Notes: generated from the sequence alone by a model not told the origin. Counted from the stretch's first letter, positions 1 through 9,596 are shown. The stretch: DNA of 64,000 nucleotides from Patescibacteria group bacterium (GCA_049325535.1 JBMOKY010000001.1:93002-157001); one strand, 5' to 3'. A program made the numbers and translations.

Positions 1-1589
1 TCAACTTCTTGGTGTAGGTCCCCTTTGAGCTGCTCGGGAGTCTTGCCGCTGCGCTGCAATTCCCGCTGAACGCTTGCCTGTTCCCCGGCCAGTTGATCTC
101 GCTGTCCCTGCAGCATCGTTTGACGTTCGGTCGCCACTTGGAGTTTGATAGATGCCTCCTGGCGGGCATGAAGTGCGGCATCTTTTTTTTGGAGGATGGC
201 AGTGATGGTATCCTGTAGCGCAATGACTAATTCTGGATCCCCGGTACCCGTACTCTGTACCTTGTGGCGTAATTGCGCCAGCTGGCTGGTTACCGTCTGC
301 ACTTCGGCGGTGACACCTTTCAGGTCATCCGGGGTCGCGGCGGCGGACATGGCGTCGAGGATTGTCTTTTGGCGATCATATATTTGATCCAATTCCGTGG
401 CGATTTCCGGAATGGTAATAGACTTTTTTGTTGCCAGCGCTTCTTTGGCGGCGGTTAGCTGTGCTGCGGTAGTTTGGTATTCCTGGTTGAGTGACTGGTG
501 GGACGTGTCGGCAGCCGCAAATGCGCGTTGGTATTCGGTGACACTGGCCGAAACCGTTTTCAGTTCCTGGGTCAATTTGTCGGTGTCTGATTGGAGCTGC
601 TCCAGGCGACGTTCCAGCCACACGAGATTTGCATCACCCGATTCCTGGCGGGCACTGTCGACGCGCCCCTGCAGTGATGCCTGTTCACGGAGCAAACGCT
701 GTTTCTGGGTGCTGATATCGGCGTATTGACGCTGTAATTGGCTGAAGCGATCCTGACGAGATGAGCCGACGGCCAGATCTCGCATGCGCTGCTCAATGGT
801 GGCCATGGTTTTTTCCAGGGCTGTGCGGGTACTATCGACTTCCTGGTATTTTGCCTCGAATTTTTTATGCTGTTCGCGCAACGTGTGCCAACTCCCGGTA
901 TAATAGGTGTGCTGAAGCTGCTTCAGCTGGGCCAATACCTCCTCGCGGCGTTCTAGCCGATTGACCTGGCGGGTCAGCGAGCGGAGGCGCGGTTCGATTT
1001 CTTGGATCAGCAAATCGGCCTGCTGCAGATTTTCCCGCGTCAGGTTGAGCTTATTTTCCGCCTGCTCTTTTTTGATCTGGTACTGGCGGACACCGGCGGC
1101 TTCATCGAAATATTCCTTGCGCTGGGTCGGACTGGCGGCCAGGAACGCATCAACCGTCCCCTGCCCGATAATACTGTAGGTGCGCTGTCCAAAGTTCGAT
1201 TTGGCCAGCAGCATGAGGATGTCTTGGAGGCGGACCCGGTTTTTATTGATAAAATATTCTCCCTCACCATCGCGTGACATGCGTCGGGTGATGACGATTT
1301 CGGAGTAGTCGAGCGGCGCTTTGCGGTCTTCATTATTGAGGATCATGTCTACCTGGCAGTAGCCCAGGCGGGTTTTTTTGTCCGAGCCGGCAAAAATAAC
1401 ATCGCCGGATTTTTTACCGCGAATTGATTTGAGGCTTTGTTCGCCCAATACCCAACGGACCGCATCGGCAATATTTGATTTGCCGGACCCATTCGGGCCG
1501 ACGATGGCGGTGATGCCGGGCTTGAATTCCAGCGTTGTTTTATTGGCGAATGATTTGAACCCTTGGATGACGATTCGTTGCAGGTACAT
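1..1589 (-). CDS. smc: chromosome segregation protein SMC, N-terminal ~530 aa; gene continues beyond window start
   Basis: Manual minus-strand translation from ATG at 1589 gives MYLQRIVIQGFKSFANKTTLEFKPGITAIVGPNGSGKSNIADAVRWVLGEQS..., with Walker A GPNGSGKS and the FKSF motif. More than 400 aa of Q/E/L/R-rich coiled coil follow, with no stop before position 1. The ORF track omits it, presumably because there is no in-window stop. Confidence 0.85.
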   Translation of the reverse strand, partial: MYLQRIVIQGFKSFANKTTLEFKPGITAIVGPNGSGKSNIADAVRWVLGEQSLKSIRGKKSGDVIFAGSDKKTRLGYCQVDMILNNEDRKAPLDYSEIVITRRMSRDGEGEYFINKNRVRLQDILMLLAKSNFGQRTYSIIGQGTVDAFLAASPTQRKEYFDEAAGVRQYQIKKEQAENKLNLTRENLQQADLLIQEIEPRLRSLTRQVNRLERREEVLAQLKQLQHTYYTGSWHTLREQHKKFEAKYQEVDSTRTALEKTMATIEQRMRDLAVGSSRQDRFSQLQRQYADISTQKQRLLREQASLQGRVDSARQESGDANLVWLERRLEQLQSDTDKLTQELKTVSASVTEYQRAFAAADTSHQSLNQEYQTTAAQLTAAKEALATKKSITIPEIATELDQIYDRQKTILDAMSAAATPDDLKGVTAEVQTVTSQLAQLRHKVQSTGTGDPELVIALQDTITAILQKKDAALHARQEASIKLQVATERQTMLQGQRDQLAGEQASVQRELQRSGKTPEQLKGDLHQEV

Positions 1590-1663
1590 AACCGAAGATG
1601 GCGGAGAAGGAATAGATGACTCAATAAGGTAATAGGGCATGGTATGTGCCCTTCATGGATGCG

Positions 1664-1693
1664 ATTATAACAGATTTTCTTGTATCCATCAAT
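1664..1693 (-). promoter_or_regulatory. candidate sigma70-type promoter of smc (TTGATG, 18 nt spacer, TATAAT)
   Basis: The minus strand reads TTGATG (1693-1688) and TATAAT (1669-1664), about 75 nt upstream of the smc ATG. Confidence 0.35.
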
Positions 1694-1715
1694 GCAGATA
1701 TGGTGCTGGAGTATT

Positions 1716-1756
1716 AAAAAACCGCCGTACCCTGACATACGTTCAGGGAACGGCGG
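1716..1756 (-). terminator. Rho-independent terminator downstream of purL (family B hairpin)
   Basis: The minus strand reads CCGCCGTTCCCTGAACGTATGTCAGGGTACGGCGG followed by TTTTTT, immediately 3' of the purL stop at 1785. Confidence 0.6.
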
Positions 1757-1784
1757 AAATAGATGATCTGGTGTACTATACCTC

Positions 1785-4700
1785 CTATTGGGTACACCAG
1801 GAATGTGCATTTTGGAACATCGTGAGCCACGGCGAGGCGTCCAGTCCCTGCAGTTTGGATGGCAGCCAGTGCCATTGCCAGAGTTTGAATGCCCGCTCCG
1901 GATGAGGCATCATGGCGAGGTGCCGACCATCCGGCGAGCAGAGTCCAGCAATGCCGCCCGGGGAGCCATTCGGATTGAATGGATACTGTTCAGTCGGTTG
2001 GCCGTCCCCGTCGACATAGAACAGGGGTGCCAGACCGTTTTCAATGACATGGCGCATCACTTCCGGATCAGGAAAGTAAGCACGACCTTCACCATGGGCT
2101 ACGGGGACGCCGAATGTCGAGCCTGCCATGCCCTGCAGCATGATGGCCGGACTCTCCGGAATGGTCACTGCCACCCAGCGAGAGTCGAACCGCCGTGAGT
2201 GGTTGCGGATGAACCGCGGCTGTTGCTCTGCCGGCAGGCCAGCCAGTGGCACGATTCCAGCTAACGTCATCCATTGGCATCCATTGCAGACGCCGAGGGA
2301 GAATGTGTCAGTCCGGGTGAAGAAGTCATCGAACATCTTGAGTAATGTTGGATTGCATCGGATGCTCATCGCCCAACCCTTACCAGCATCCAGGACATCG
2401 GCATAGGAGAATCCGCCGACAATGGCCATGCCGCGGAATCGACTGAAGTCAGTCAGGCGGCCATTGAGCAGGTCGGTCATGGTGACATCCCATGGCCTGA
2501 AACCTGCCAGGTGAAACGCCGACGTCATCTCACGATCACCGTTGCTTCCCTCTTCACGCAGGATGATTACCTCCGGTTTGTCATCCCGATCAAGGATTGT
2601 CGCCGGCGTTTTTTTCGGAGTGAATGTCAGCTGGTAGTCAGCAGGTAGTTTGCCGTGATTGGCAGTTTGCTGCTTGGCAACCCGGTGATCCATCTGTTCC
2701 AGCTCGAGCCGGTCGCTGGTCGCTTCCCACCATCGCAGAACGGTGTCGGTATCCACATCCAGGACGTTTTCCGTACCCTGGCGGCAGATGATCCGACGTT
2801 CGGTAGTAGTGTGGCCAAGTATAGTTACTGACAGACCGGTCAGTTCATGCAGCACATCTGCCTCGTTTTCCGGCAGGTATTCGATCACCGCGCCGGCCTC
2901 TTCAGCAAACAGCTGATCAAGAGCAGCGCGTTGGTCATCCAGTCCGATACGTAGCCCGCACCAGCCCGACAGAGCCATCTCTACCAGCGTCGTGATGAGA
3001 CCCCCGTCGCTGATGTCATGGCCGGCCAGGATGCGACCGTGACTGATGAGGCGCTGGATCGATTGAAACATGGCGACGAGCATTTCTGGATGTTCAATAT
3101 CCGGGCACTCATCACCAATCTGTCCCAGGCTCTGGGCAAAGGCACTGCCACCGAGACGACATGCGCCATCACCTAGATCAATATACAGAAGCTTTGATCT
3201 GCCTGGCATCTTGATGTCAGGCGTCACTTTCTTCGTAATATCGTCCATGGTGGCATAAGCGGAGACGACCATGGTGCCCGGTGACTTAACCAGTTCATCG
3301 CCGACCATGGAGGACATTGACAGACTGTCTTTGCCGCCATCGGCTGCGATGCCACAAGTGATCATGGTGTCGGCCATGGCTTGGGCCGCGTCGACCAGCC
3401 GGGCGCCTTCGCCAGGCAGCTTCGCTGCCCACATCCAATTGACCGATGACTTGATGTCCACCAATCCACTCAGTCGGGCGAATACGATGTTCGTCAAGGC
3501 TTCGGCCACGGACATACGGGCACCAGCTTCCGGATCCACCAGCATTTTGATCGGTTGTTCACCGATGCTGGTAGCTCCGCCAACCAGTTCAAAATGGCTC
3601 ATCGCCATGACACCGTAGTCAGCCACCGGCAATTGGAGCGGACCACAGCATTGCTGCTGGCCGACCAGACCGGTGACGCTGCGATCTACTTTGTTTGTCA
3701 GGTTTGTCTTCGATCCCACACTTGGCAAACGCAGTACATCGCACAGTGCCTCGGCAATACCCAGATTCGACGGGATAGCCAGCGGCTTGAGTTTCCGTGG
3801 TATACGTTCCAGCTGGAACGTTTTTTGCGGAATACCGCTGAGCGTTTTGGCCAGTTCCAGATCGACCGGTATCGAGCCGGTACGGTCATTCACGACCACC
3901 ACGCGCCCATCACCGGTGATCTCGCCGACCACGTCACATGGTACCTTTTCCCGTTTGCAGATTGCCCGGAAGTCGTCAATTCGGTTAGCCCGTATCAACA
4001 ATCCGTAGCTCTCCTGGAATTCAGCGCACCATATCTCCACATCGGCCAAGGTCTGATCGCCCAAAGTGATGCGATCCAGATGGATGCGGCCTCCTGCCGG
4101 GTCCACCAGTTCGCTCAGTACATTGGACGGGCCGCCGGCACCCTGGTCATGGATACTAGCAATCGGATTGTCAGCTTCCAGTTCTACACAGGCACGGATG
4201 ACGCGGAAAGTCTTCTGTCCCATTTCCGCATCACCACGCTGGACAGAGTCAAATTCCAGTTTGAGGTCCTGGTTTACACCAGAAGCCATACTGGACATGG
4301 CGCCGCCGCCGAACCCGATCCGGTAGGCCGGTCCGCCGATGCGGACGATGAGCATACCGGGTTCGGGCGCCTCCTTCTGCAGGTGCGTGTCGCTGATCAG
4401 GCCGATGCCGCCGGTGAACAGAATGGGTTTGATATACTCGCACCGTTCACCGCCGGGTAGACGTTGGCCGAAGCTACGGCAAAATCCCACAATCAGCGGC
4501 TCGCCGTACTTATTGCCGTAATCCTTGGCTCCGTAAGAGCCTTGAGTGATCACGCTGAGCGGCGTTTCATACTGTGGTGGGTAGTCAAACGTTCGGTCTT
4601 CGCCGGGGATATGGTAGTCAGATAGGTTGAGGCAACCGAAGGCATAGCCCACGGTAGCCGCCACCGTTAGTGACCCGCGTCCGGTCGCGTTATTATCCCG

Positions 4701-5591
4701 CTCCCGTCCGCCGGTACCCGTTTCTGCGCCTGCAAAACACGCCACCAGTGTCGGCCAGTTATGCGTTTCCGCCGTAAAGACCAGGTGGTAGGTACGTTGT
4801 TGTCGGGAAAACGGTGAGCAGGTGCCCGGATGCTCAGGAATGATCGTCCAGACCGTATACCCTTTGATGGCGCTAGAGTTGTCGCCAAAGGCGATGACAC
4901 TGTTGCCAGGATTCGCTTCCAGCGTTGACTTGATGATCTGCATCAGGGTACGAGGTACGGGCATCCCGTCAATCATCAAGCGACCCCTAAAAAACGGATG
5001 TCGAGAATGCTCGCTGTTTTTCTGAGCCAGGTCGAACAGTTCGACATTGGTCGGATTGCGCTGGTAGACACGGACAAACAGGTCGAAATAGAATTTCATA
5101 TCCTGCTCGTCGAATGATAGTCCCATTTCCCGGTTGACCCGGATCAGTTCCGCCATACCCTTTTCCATCAGCGGGATGGCATAGGTCTGGGCCGGTTTTG
5201 CGCCGCTGTCAAAGGTGGCGAGCGGGTTGGGATAGGCGCATTCCGTCATCCGGTCATGGCGCTGGGCAATGAAGTCCGCGTCCGTTATTCCGTCAGGGAC
5301 GACGTACCGCCGTGAGCGTTCCAGCCGAGTAATGGCGGTCAGACCGCAGGCGTGGCAGATGGCGACCGCATTGGTTGAGAAGGCTGTTTCAAAGTTGAGG
5401 CGCGGACCGACTTCAATGATGCGCCGGTTTGTGCCGTCCAGCAGGGAGCGTTCGCCGAATTGTTCCGGTTCAAACGTCTCCGCCAGGATCAACCTGAGGG
5501 TTGCCATCTCATCAGTCGTCAGGGGGCGACTTGTTTCAATATTGAAACAATACTCGAACCCTGGTTCAATGCGTCTGAACATTTTGTTCAC
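1785..5591 (-). CDS. purL: phosphoribosylformylglycinamidine (FGAM) synthase, large single-chain type
   Basis: The 1268-aa ORF is in the size range of single-chain FGAM synthase (about 1295 aa in E. coli) and has the C-terminal glutamine amidotransferase motif GVCNGCQ, an established PurL feature. A GTG start at 5591 is preceded by AAGGAGG 7 nt upstream. Confidence 0.9.
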   Translation of the reverse strand: MNKMFRRIEPGFEYCFNIETSRPLTTDEMATLRLILAETFEPEQFGERSLLDGTNRRIIEVGPRLNFETAFSTNAVAICHACGLTAITRLERSRRYVVPDGITDADFIAQRHDRMTECAYPNPLATFDSGAKPAQTYAIPLMEKGMAELIRVNREMGLSFDEQDMKFYFDLFVRVYQRNPTNVELFDLAQKNSEHSRHPFFRGRLMIDGMPVPRTLMQIIKSTLEANPGNSVIAFGDNSSAIKGYTVWTIIPEHPGTCSPFSRQQRTYHLVFTAETHNWPTLVACFAGAETGTGGRERDNNATGRGSLTVAATVGYAFGCLNLSDYHIPGEDRTFDYPPQYETPLSVITQGSYGAKDYGNKYGEPLIVGFCRSFGQRLPGGERCEYIKPILFTGGIGLISDTHLQKEAPEPGMLIVRIGGPAYRIGFGGGAMSSMASGVNQDLKLEFDSVQRGDAEMGQKTFRVIRACVELEADNPIASIHDQGAGGPSNVLSELVDPAGGRIHLDRITLGDQTLADVEIWCAEFQESYGLLIRANRIDDFRAICKREKVPCDVVGEITGDGRVVVVNDRTGSIPVDLELAKTLSGIPQKTFQLERIPRKLKPLAIPSNLGIAEALCDVLRLPSVGSKTNLTNKVDRSVTGLVGQQQCCGPLQLPVADYGVMAMSHFELVGGATSIGEQPIKMLVDPEAGARMSVAEALTNIVFARLSGLVDIKSSVNWMWAAKLPGEGARLVDAAQAMADTMITCGIAADGGKDSLSMSSMVGDELVKSPGTMVVSAYATMDDITKKVTPDIKMPGRSKLLYIDLGDGACRLGGSAFAQSLGQIGDECPDIEHPEMLVAMFQSIQRLISHGRILAGHDISDGGLITTLVEMALSGWCGLRIGLDDQRAALDQLFAEEAGAVIEYLPENEADVLHELTGLSVTILGHTTTERRIICRQGTENVLDVDTDTVLRWWEATSDRLELEQMDHRVAKQQTANHGKLPADYQLTFTPKKTPATILDRDDKPEVIILREEGSNGDREMTSAFHLAGFRPWDVTMTDLLNGRLTDFSRFRGMAIVGGFSYADVLDAGKGWAMSIRCNPTLLKMFDDFFTRTDTFSLGVCNGCQWMTLAGIVPLAGLPAEQQPRFIRNHSRRFDSRWVAVTIPESPAIMLQGMAGSTFGVPVAHGEGRAYFPDPEVMRHVIENGLAPLFYVDGDGQPTEQYPFNPNGSPGGIAGLCSPDGRHLAMMPHPERAFKLWQWHWLPSKLQGLDASPWLTMFQNAHSWCTQ

Positions 5592-5683
5592 GAGGATTCC
5601 TCCTTCTTTTCTATTGTTAAATATCTGTTTGTATTCTGTTTTTAGTCATTCACCGTACCACCGCCCCCAGCGCAGCGTCAAGT

Positions 5684-5719
5684 AAAAAAAGCCGCCGTTC
5701 CTGTAAACCAGGAACGGCG
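5684..5719 (-). terminator. Rho-independent terminator downstream of pyrB-pyrI (family B hairpin)
   Basis: The minus strand reads CGCCGTTCCTGGTTTACAGGAACGGCGGC followed by TTTTTTT. The stem sequence is nearly the same as the purL terminator. Confidence 0.65.
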
Positions 5720-5745
5720 AAAGTACAGACAGAACTGGAGATGGC

Positions 5746-7233
5746 CTAGGCACAGAGCCGGGCCACTAACTGGTCGTGCGGGAAATCCCGTTCACAGTAG
5801 TGGCAGCGGCAGACTGAGCCGGGCGTACTCCGATCGAGCACCCGGAAGATGGTAGCCGCCTCGGGGTCGGCATTGGTGATACAGCTGCTATTCAGGCAGC
5901 GGAACACACCGAAGACGTGGGAGGGGATGTGGAAGCGTTTCTTCAGCTGGGTTTCATTGCCCGGGAATTCATTGATGGTGATTTCCGGGAAGATGAATTG
6001 GAGCGTGGCCGCCGCGACGTCGGGAAGCGTGATACCCGAGAGCAACATCACATCTTTCAGCCCCTCGTATTTGCGGGAGCGCACCAACTGCACCAGCTGC
6101 CGCGGATGGTTGTCGCCGATGGAGGTCAGCTGTTCCAACAGATGGAGGGCGGCAATCGCTCGATTCGGAGGAAGATGATCGATGACGGTTCCCGTCGTGA
6201 TCGGCTGGAAGTGCTTGACCGGTTTGCCCCGGTCTTCGATGCGGATGCTTTCGGCATTGATCAGCAGATCGGCATCATGCCGTGGGCGGCCGATACCTAC
6301 GAATGGATTGAGCAGCGCCCGGGCGATGAGCGCCATGCGAGTGGGGATGCCGTAGCGGGCCTGTTCAAAAGCCACCATGCGCGGATCGTTTTTGATGTCC
6401 GGATCGATCTCCTCGACTGAGGGAAGCGGGTGCATCACGATCACATCGGGTTTGCATATGTCAAGGAATTTCTTGTTGAACACGTACGTACCCTGTACCG
6501 CCAGACGCAGCGCCACATCAGCGATGCGTTCCAGCTGGAACCTGGTCACATAGATCACGTCGCATTCCTTGAGCGCCTCCATGGACTCACTCTCGCACAC
6601 GACATTGATACCTGCCTTGTACTGTGACAGCATTTCCGCGCCTTTTGGCGCCACCAGGGTAACCCTGATATTTTCGAAATGCCGCAGTGCCTGTATCAGC
6701 GAGACAGCGGTCCGGCCGTTTGCCAGATCGCCGACCAGGCCGATATGCAGATTATCGAGCCGTCCTTTTTTGATCAGGATGGTGAGCAAGTCGAGCATGG
6801 TCTGGGTCGGATGCTGGTTCCGGCCGTCACCGCCATTCAGGACGGTGACCTCCCGACCGTAATCCTCCAGCACTTCGGCCATCCACCGCGCTCCACCCTC
6901 CAGACCTGAGCGCAGCACCAGCACGTCCGCTCCCTGGTCAGCCAGCATCCGGGCCGTGTCGGCAAAACTCTCTTTCTTGACCAGCGAGGTGCCCTCGGCT
7001 CCCGAGATCTGGTGCGTCCGCATCATCAGATTCAGCATCGCTTGCATGAATGAGCCGAGAGTTCGCGTGCTCGGTTCCAGGAACAGCAGAGTTCCTTTTT
7101 TGGTAGGAAATCCGGTCGGGGCGGAGCGGGCAAGGGCATAGGGAACCATCTTTTGCCCGGCGACTACCATGTCATGAATGGATGCGCCGTCGGGGAAATC
7201 ATTGGTGCTCAAGATGTGTGAATAGGGATACAT
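5746..7233 (-). CDS. pyrB: aspartate carbamoyltransferase catalytic chain fused in-frame to regulatory chain (PyrB-PyrI single polypeptide)
   Basis: The N-terminal ~320 aa carry ATCase motifs EPSTRT, NGGDGRNQHPTQ and HPLP. After a ~40-aa linker the C-terminal ~160 aa align to PyrI: GTVIDHLPP matches E. coli GTVIDHIPA, and the Zn motif CLNSSCITNADPE...CRCHYCERDF matches CPNSNCISHAEP...CKYCEKEF. Confidence 0.85.
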   Translation of the reverse strand: MYPYSHILSTNDFPDGASIHDMVVAGQKMVPYALARSAPTGFPTKKGTLLFLEPSTRTLGSFMQAMLNLMMRTHQISGAEGTSLVKKESFADTARMLADQGADVLVLRSGLEGGARWMAEVLEDYGREVTVLNGGDGRNQHPTQTMLDLLTILIKKGRLDNLHIGLVGDLANGRTAVSLIQALRHFENIRVTLVAPKGAEMLSQYKAGINVVCESESMEALKECDVIYVTRFQLERIADVALRLAVQGTYVFNKKFLDICKPDVIVMHPLPSVEEIDPDIKNDPRMVAFEQARYGIPTRMALIARALLNPFVGIGRPRHDADLLINAESIRIEDRGKPVKHFQPITTGTVIDHLPPNRAIAALHLLEQLTSIGDNHPRQLVQLVRSRKYEGLKDVMLLSGITLPDVAAATLQFIFPEITINEFPGNETQLKKRFHIPSHVFGVFRCLNSSCITNADPEAATIFRVLDRSTPGSVCRCHYCERDFPHDQLVARLCA

Positions 7234-7435
7234 TAAAACCTCCTGCCCTCCATTGAGGGTGGCTAGATTGTTAATAAAACTGTAATTATTTGTGTTTTAA
7301 CTCAAATTATTGCAAGGGTAACATGCGTCCGGTATTACGTCAAATAGTGTCTCTCGGATAAAAAAATCGGGACTCTGAAATGGCCAGAGTCCCGGATGTG
7401 TAGTTGCGATGGTACGCGCTGGAAGCGCGCGATGG

Positions 7436-8182
7436 TTATGCTGCCGACCTGGTGCCGGTGAGCAATTCCCAGTTTGTGCGGGGCTTCTTCGGCGGGATAG
7501 CTTCAGAACCCTTCTGGCACAGGGGGCACTCGTCCAGCGTCCAGCGCGGCATGGGCTGGTCGACGACCGCGACATACTGCTGGCTGCCGAACGCCTTTTC
7601 ACCGGAGCGATTGAAGAAAATCCCGACGAACGGTATCAGTTTCGCGCCGCCGTCAGTGGCCTGTCGCAGGGCTTCATGCTGCGCCCGCAGGGTAGTCGCC
7701 TCGGTAATTAGTTCCTCCACCTGGAGAACAGTTTCGCCCGGTTTGATGCCGAAGCGCATGAGCTGTTTCATTTTGTCCTTCTCCTCCGTGAAGGCAAAAC
7801 GAGCTCCCAGATGGGCGGCGACTTTTGTTCCGAACGTGATGGCGGCCATCGGTGACGAGAGTACCCAGTCGACGCCGCCGAATGCGATGCCCGCGTCCAG
7901 CAGCTGTTTGGCCAGCTGGGCGGCCATCAGATCCTCCATGCGCGGGTACTCAAAGAACTCGCTGCAGTTGATATACCCGTCGGAGTGCTTGCCGCTGGTG
8001 AGCAGGGCATGCGGTCGTGTCGGGTCACCGGCGTAGTCGAAGTACCAATGGGCATTGGCGATGCCGAGCAGCCGGAGGATTTCCTCGGTGGGGATGAGAA
8101 ACCCTTTGTGGATGGCCTCGAGCTGCAGCCGATGATTGAACAGGCAGAGGTCACGTGGTGTGGCCAGTTGCTGTGTTTCCAT
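7436..8182 (-). CDS. pyrE: type I phosphoribosyltransferase, orotate PRTase-like, with non-canonical PRPP motif VLQVEELITEATT
   Basis: LTSGKHSDGYINC resembles the OPRTase LKSGRKSPYFFNA and the gene sits in the pyr operon. The PRPP loop has EE where the established VLLVDDVITTG motif has DD. The protein also has N- and C-terminal extensions. Confidence 0.55.
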   Translation of the reverse strand: METQQLATPRDLCLFNHRLQLEAIHKGFLIPTEEILRLLGIANAHWYFDYAGDPTRPHALLTSGKHSDGYINCSEFFEYPRMEDLMAAQLAKQLLDAGIAFGGVDWVLSSPMAAITFGTKVAAHLGARFAFTEEKDKMKQLMRFGIKPGETVLQVEELITEATTLRAQHEALRQATDGGAKLIPFVGIFFNRSGEKAFGSQQYVAVVDQPMPRWTLDECPLCQKGSEAIPPKKPRTNWELLTGTRSAA

Positions 8183-8203
8183 GAATACATCCTTTGTATG
8201 CGC

Positions 8204-8593
8204 TTATATGCGCAGTTTGTGGTTTACGGTTTGCATGAGATCGTGGAGCGCTTCGGATTCTGTGGGCCGGAAATCAAAGACCATGTCGAGGTGAGCTGCG
8301 TGGATGACGGCCATGACCTGGTCAGATATACAGCAGAGCGTCAATGCTCCACCGACATTTTTGATGCGGATCATGACACTGAGCAGTAGTCCGAGTCCGA
8401 TACTGTCTATATGCTCGATTCCCTCGAGATTCAGGCAGAATCCTCTGATGTTTCGACCCAGGCATTCTGTGATATGGTCACTGAATGATGTTGCTGCTGC
8501 GCTTTTGTCGATGTGGCCAGCCAGCCGGGCGATCTCGATCTGATCATTCCGCGTCACATATGAGACGCGGAAACGTGGCTCAGGTGATGGCAC
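8204..8593 (-). CDS. STAS-domain protein (anti-sigma-factor antagonist, SpoIIAA/RsbV-like)
   Basis: The 129-aa protein has the conserved IDSIGLG phosphorylatable-serine motif typical of SpoIIAA-type STAS domains. Confidence 0.7.
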   Translation of the reverse strand: MPSPEPRFRVSYVTRNDQIEIARLAGHIDKSAAATSFSDHITECLGRNIRGFCLNLEGIEHIDSIGLGLLLSVMIRIKNVGGALTLCCISDQVMAVIHAAHLDMVFDFRPTESEALHDLMQTVNHKLRI

Positions 8594-8610
8594 GGATGTC
8601 CTCCGGACGG

Positions 8611-9468
8611 CTAGGCTGTGGCGCGCAGCTCGTTCAATTCATCATTGGTTTTCTGCGCCTCGGCCTTGGCCGCCTGCGCCCAGTCGGCCTCCCGCGAGGC
8701 GTAAAGTACACTGCGGGAAACGTTGACCACGGCCAGCCCGCCATTATTGGCAGCGATGATTGCCGCGGCTTCGCCACCCTGGGTTTTCAGTCCCGGGATG
8801 AGCAGCGGGATGTCCGGTCCGACCGCCGCCCTGATTTCAGCCAGCTGAGCGGGCTTGGTCGCGCCGACCACCAGGCCATAGTTGCCACTGGCGCCGAAAG
8901 CACCGGTTGACTGGATGGCCACGTGCATATACACGGGCATAATCGGCTGATCAGCGCTCACTGCCGGCTGTACCGGGAGGGACTGGTAGTCGGCACTGCC
9001 CGGATTTGACGTGAGGCAGAGGCCGAAGACGCCCAGATGCAGGTCGAAAAACGGCTGAGCCGTTTCATTGCCCATGTAGGGGTTCCAGGTGACCGCGTCG
9101 CCACCGATTCCGTACAGGGCGGCTGCGTACTGCTCGGCGGTGTTGCCGATGTCGTTCCGTTTCCCGTCGAGGATGATGACGTGGTTTGGGCAGATCTGCC
9201 GGATGTACCGGACCGTCCGCTCCAGGGCTTTCCATCCTTTCCGGCCCTGGCTTTCGTAAAAAGCCAGGTTCGGTTTCCAGCCGCAGCAGCGCTCGGCAGT
9301 GACCTCGACGATGGTGCGGTTGAATTTTTCGATGGCGGCATCGGGGCTGATGTGGAAGAGCTCGGTGATTTCGCCGGGGACTTTCTTTTCGTCGAAATCC
9401 AGGCCGACGATCATCATGCTGCCCGAAATTTCCTGGGCATGCTTCAGTTTTTCCACAAAGGTTTGCAT
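8611..9468 (-). CDS. pyrF: orotidine 5'-phosphate decarboxylase (type 2, long form)
   Basis: The 285-aa protein has motifs VGLDF, KPNLAFYE and ILDGKRNDIGNT, characteristic of OMP decarboxylase. Confidence 0.85.
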   Translation of the reverse strand: MQTFVEKLKHAQEISGSMMIVGLDFDEKKVPGEITELFHISPDAAIEKFNRTIVEVTAERCCGWKPNLAFYESQGRKGWKALERTVRYIRQICPNHVIILDGKRNDIGNTAEQYAAALYGIGGDAVTWNPYMGNETAQPFFDLHLGVFGLCLTSNPGSADYQSLPVQPAVSADQPIMPVYMHVAIQSTGAFGASGNYGLVVGATKPAQLAEIRAAVGPDIPLLIPGLKTQGGEAAAIIAANNGGLAVVNVSRSVLYASREADWAQAAKAEAQKTNDELNELRATA

Positions 9469-9565
9469 GTTTTACCTCCATGCGGTGAATAGGTTGTGAT
9501 GAGAACGGTTTCTCTGGTTTATTTTGGTTTCCCCCTACCTTAGCATCAGTCAGGTGGCTGGTCAA

Positions 9566-9596
9566 TAAAAAGCGCGCCCGCAGAGCGGGGCGCGCG
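9566..9596 (-). terminator. GC-rich hairpin terminator (GCGCGCCCCGC...GCGGGCGCGC followed by TTTTT on the minus strand)
   Basis: It lies between the small gene 9635-9841 and pyrF. On the plus strand it is preceded by an A-run, so it may be bidirectional. Confidence 0.55.

Noticed and set aside
3555-4460. 301-aa plus-strand ORF
   Set aside because: Lies entirely antisense within purL, whose identity is unambiguous; GC-rich antisense frames commonly stay open.
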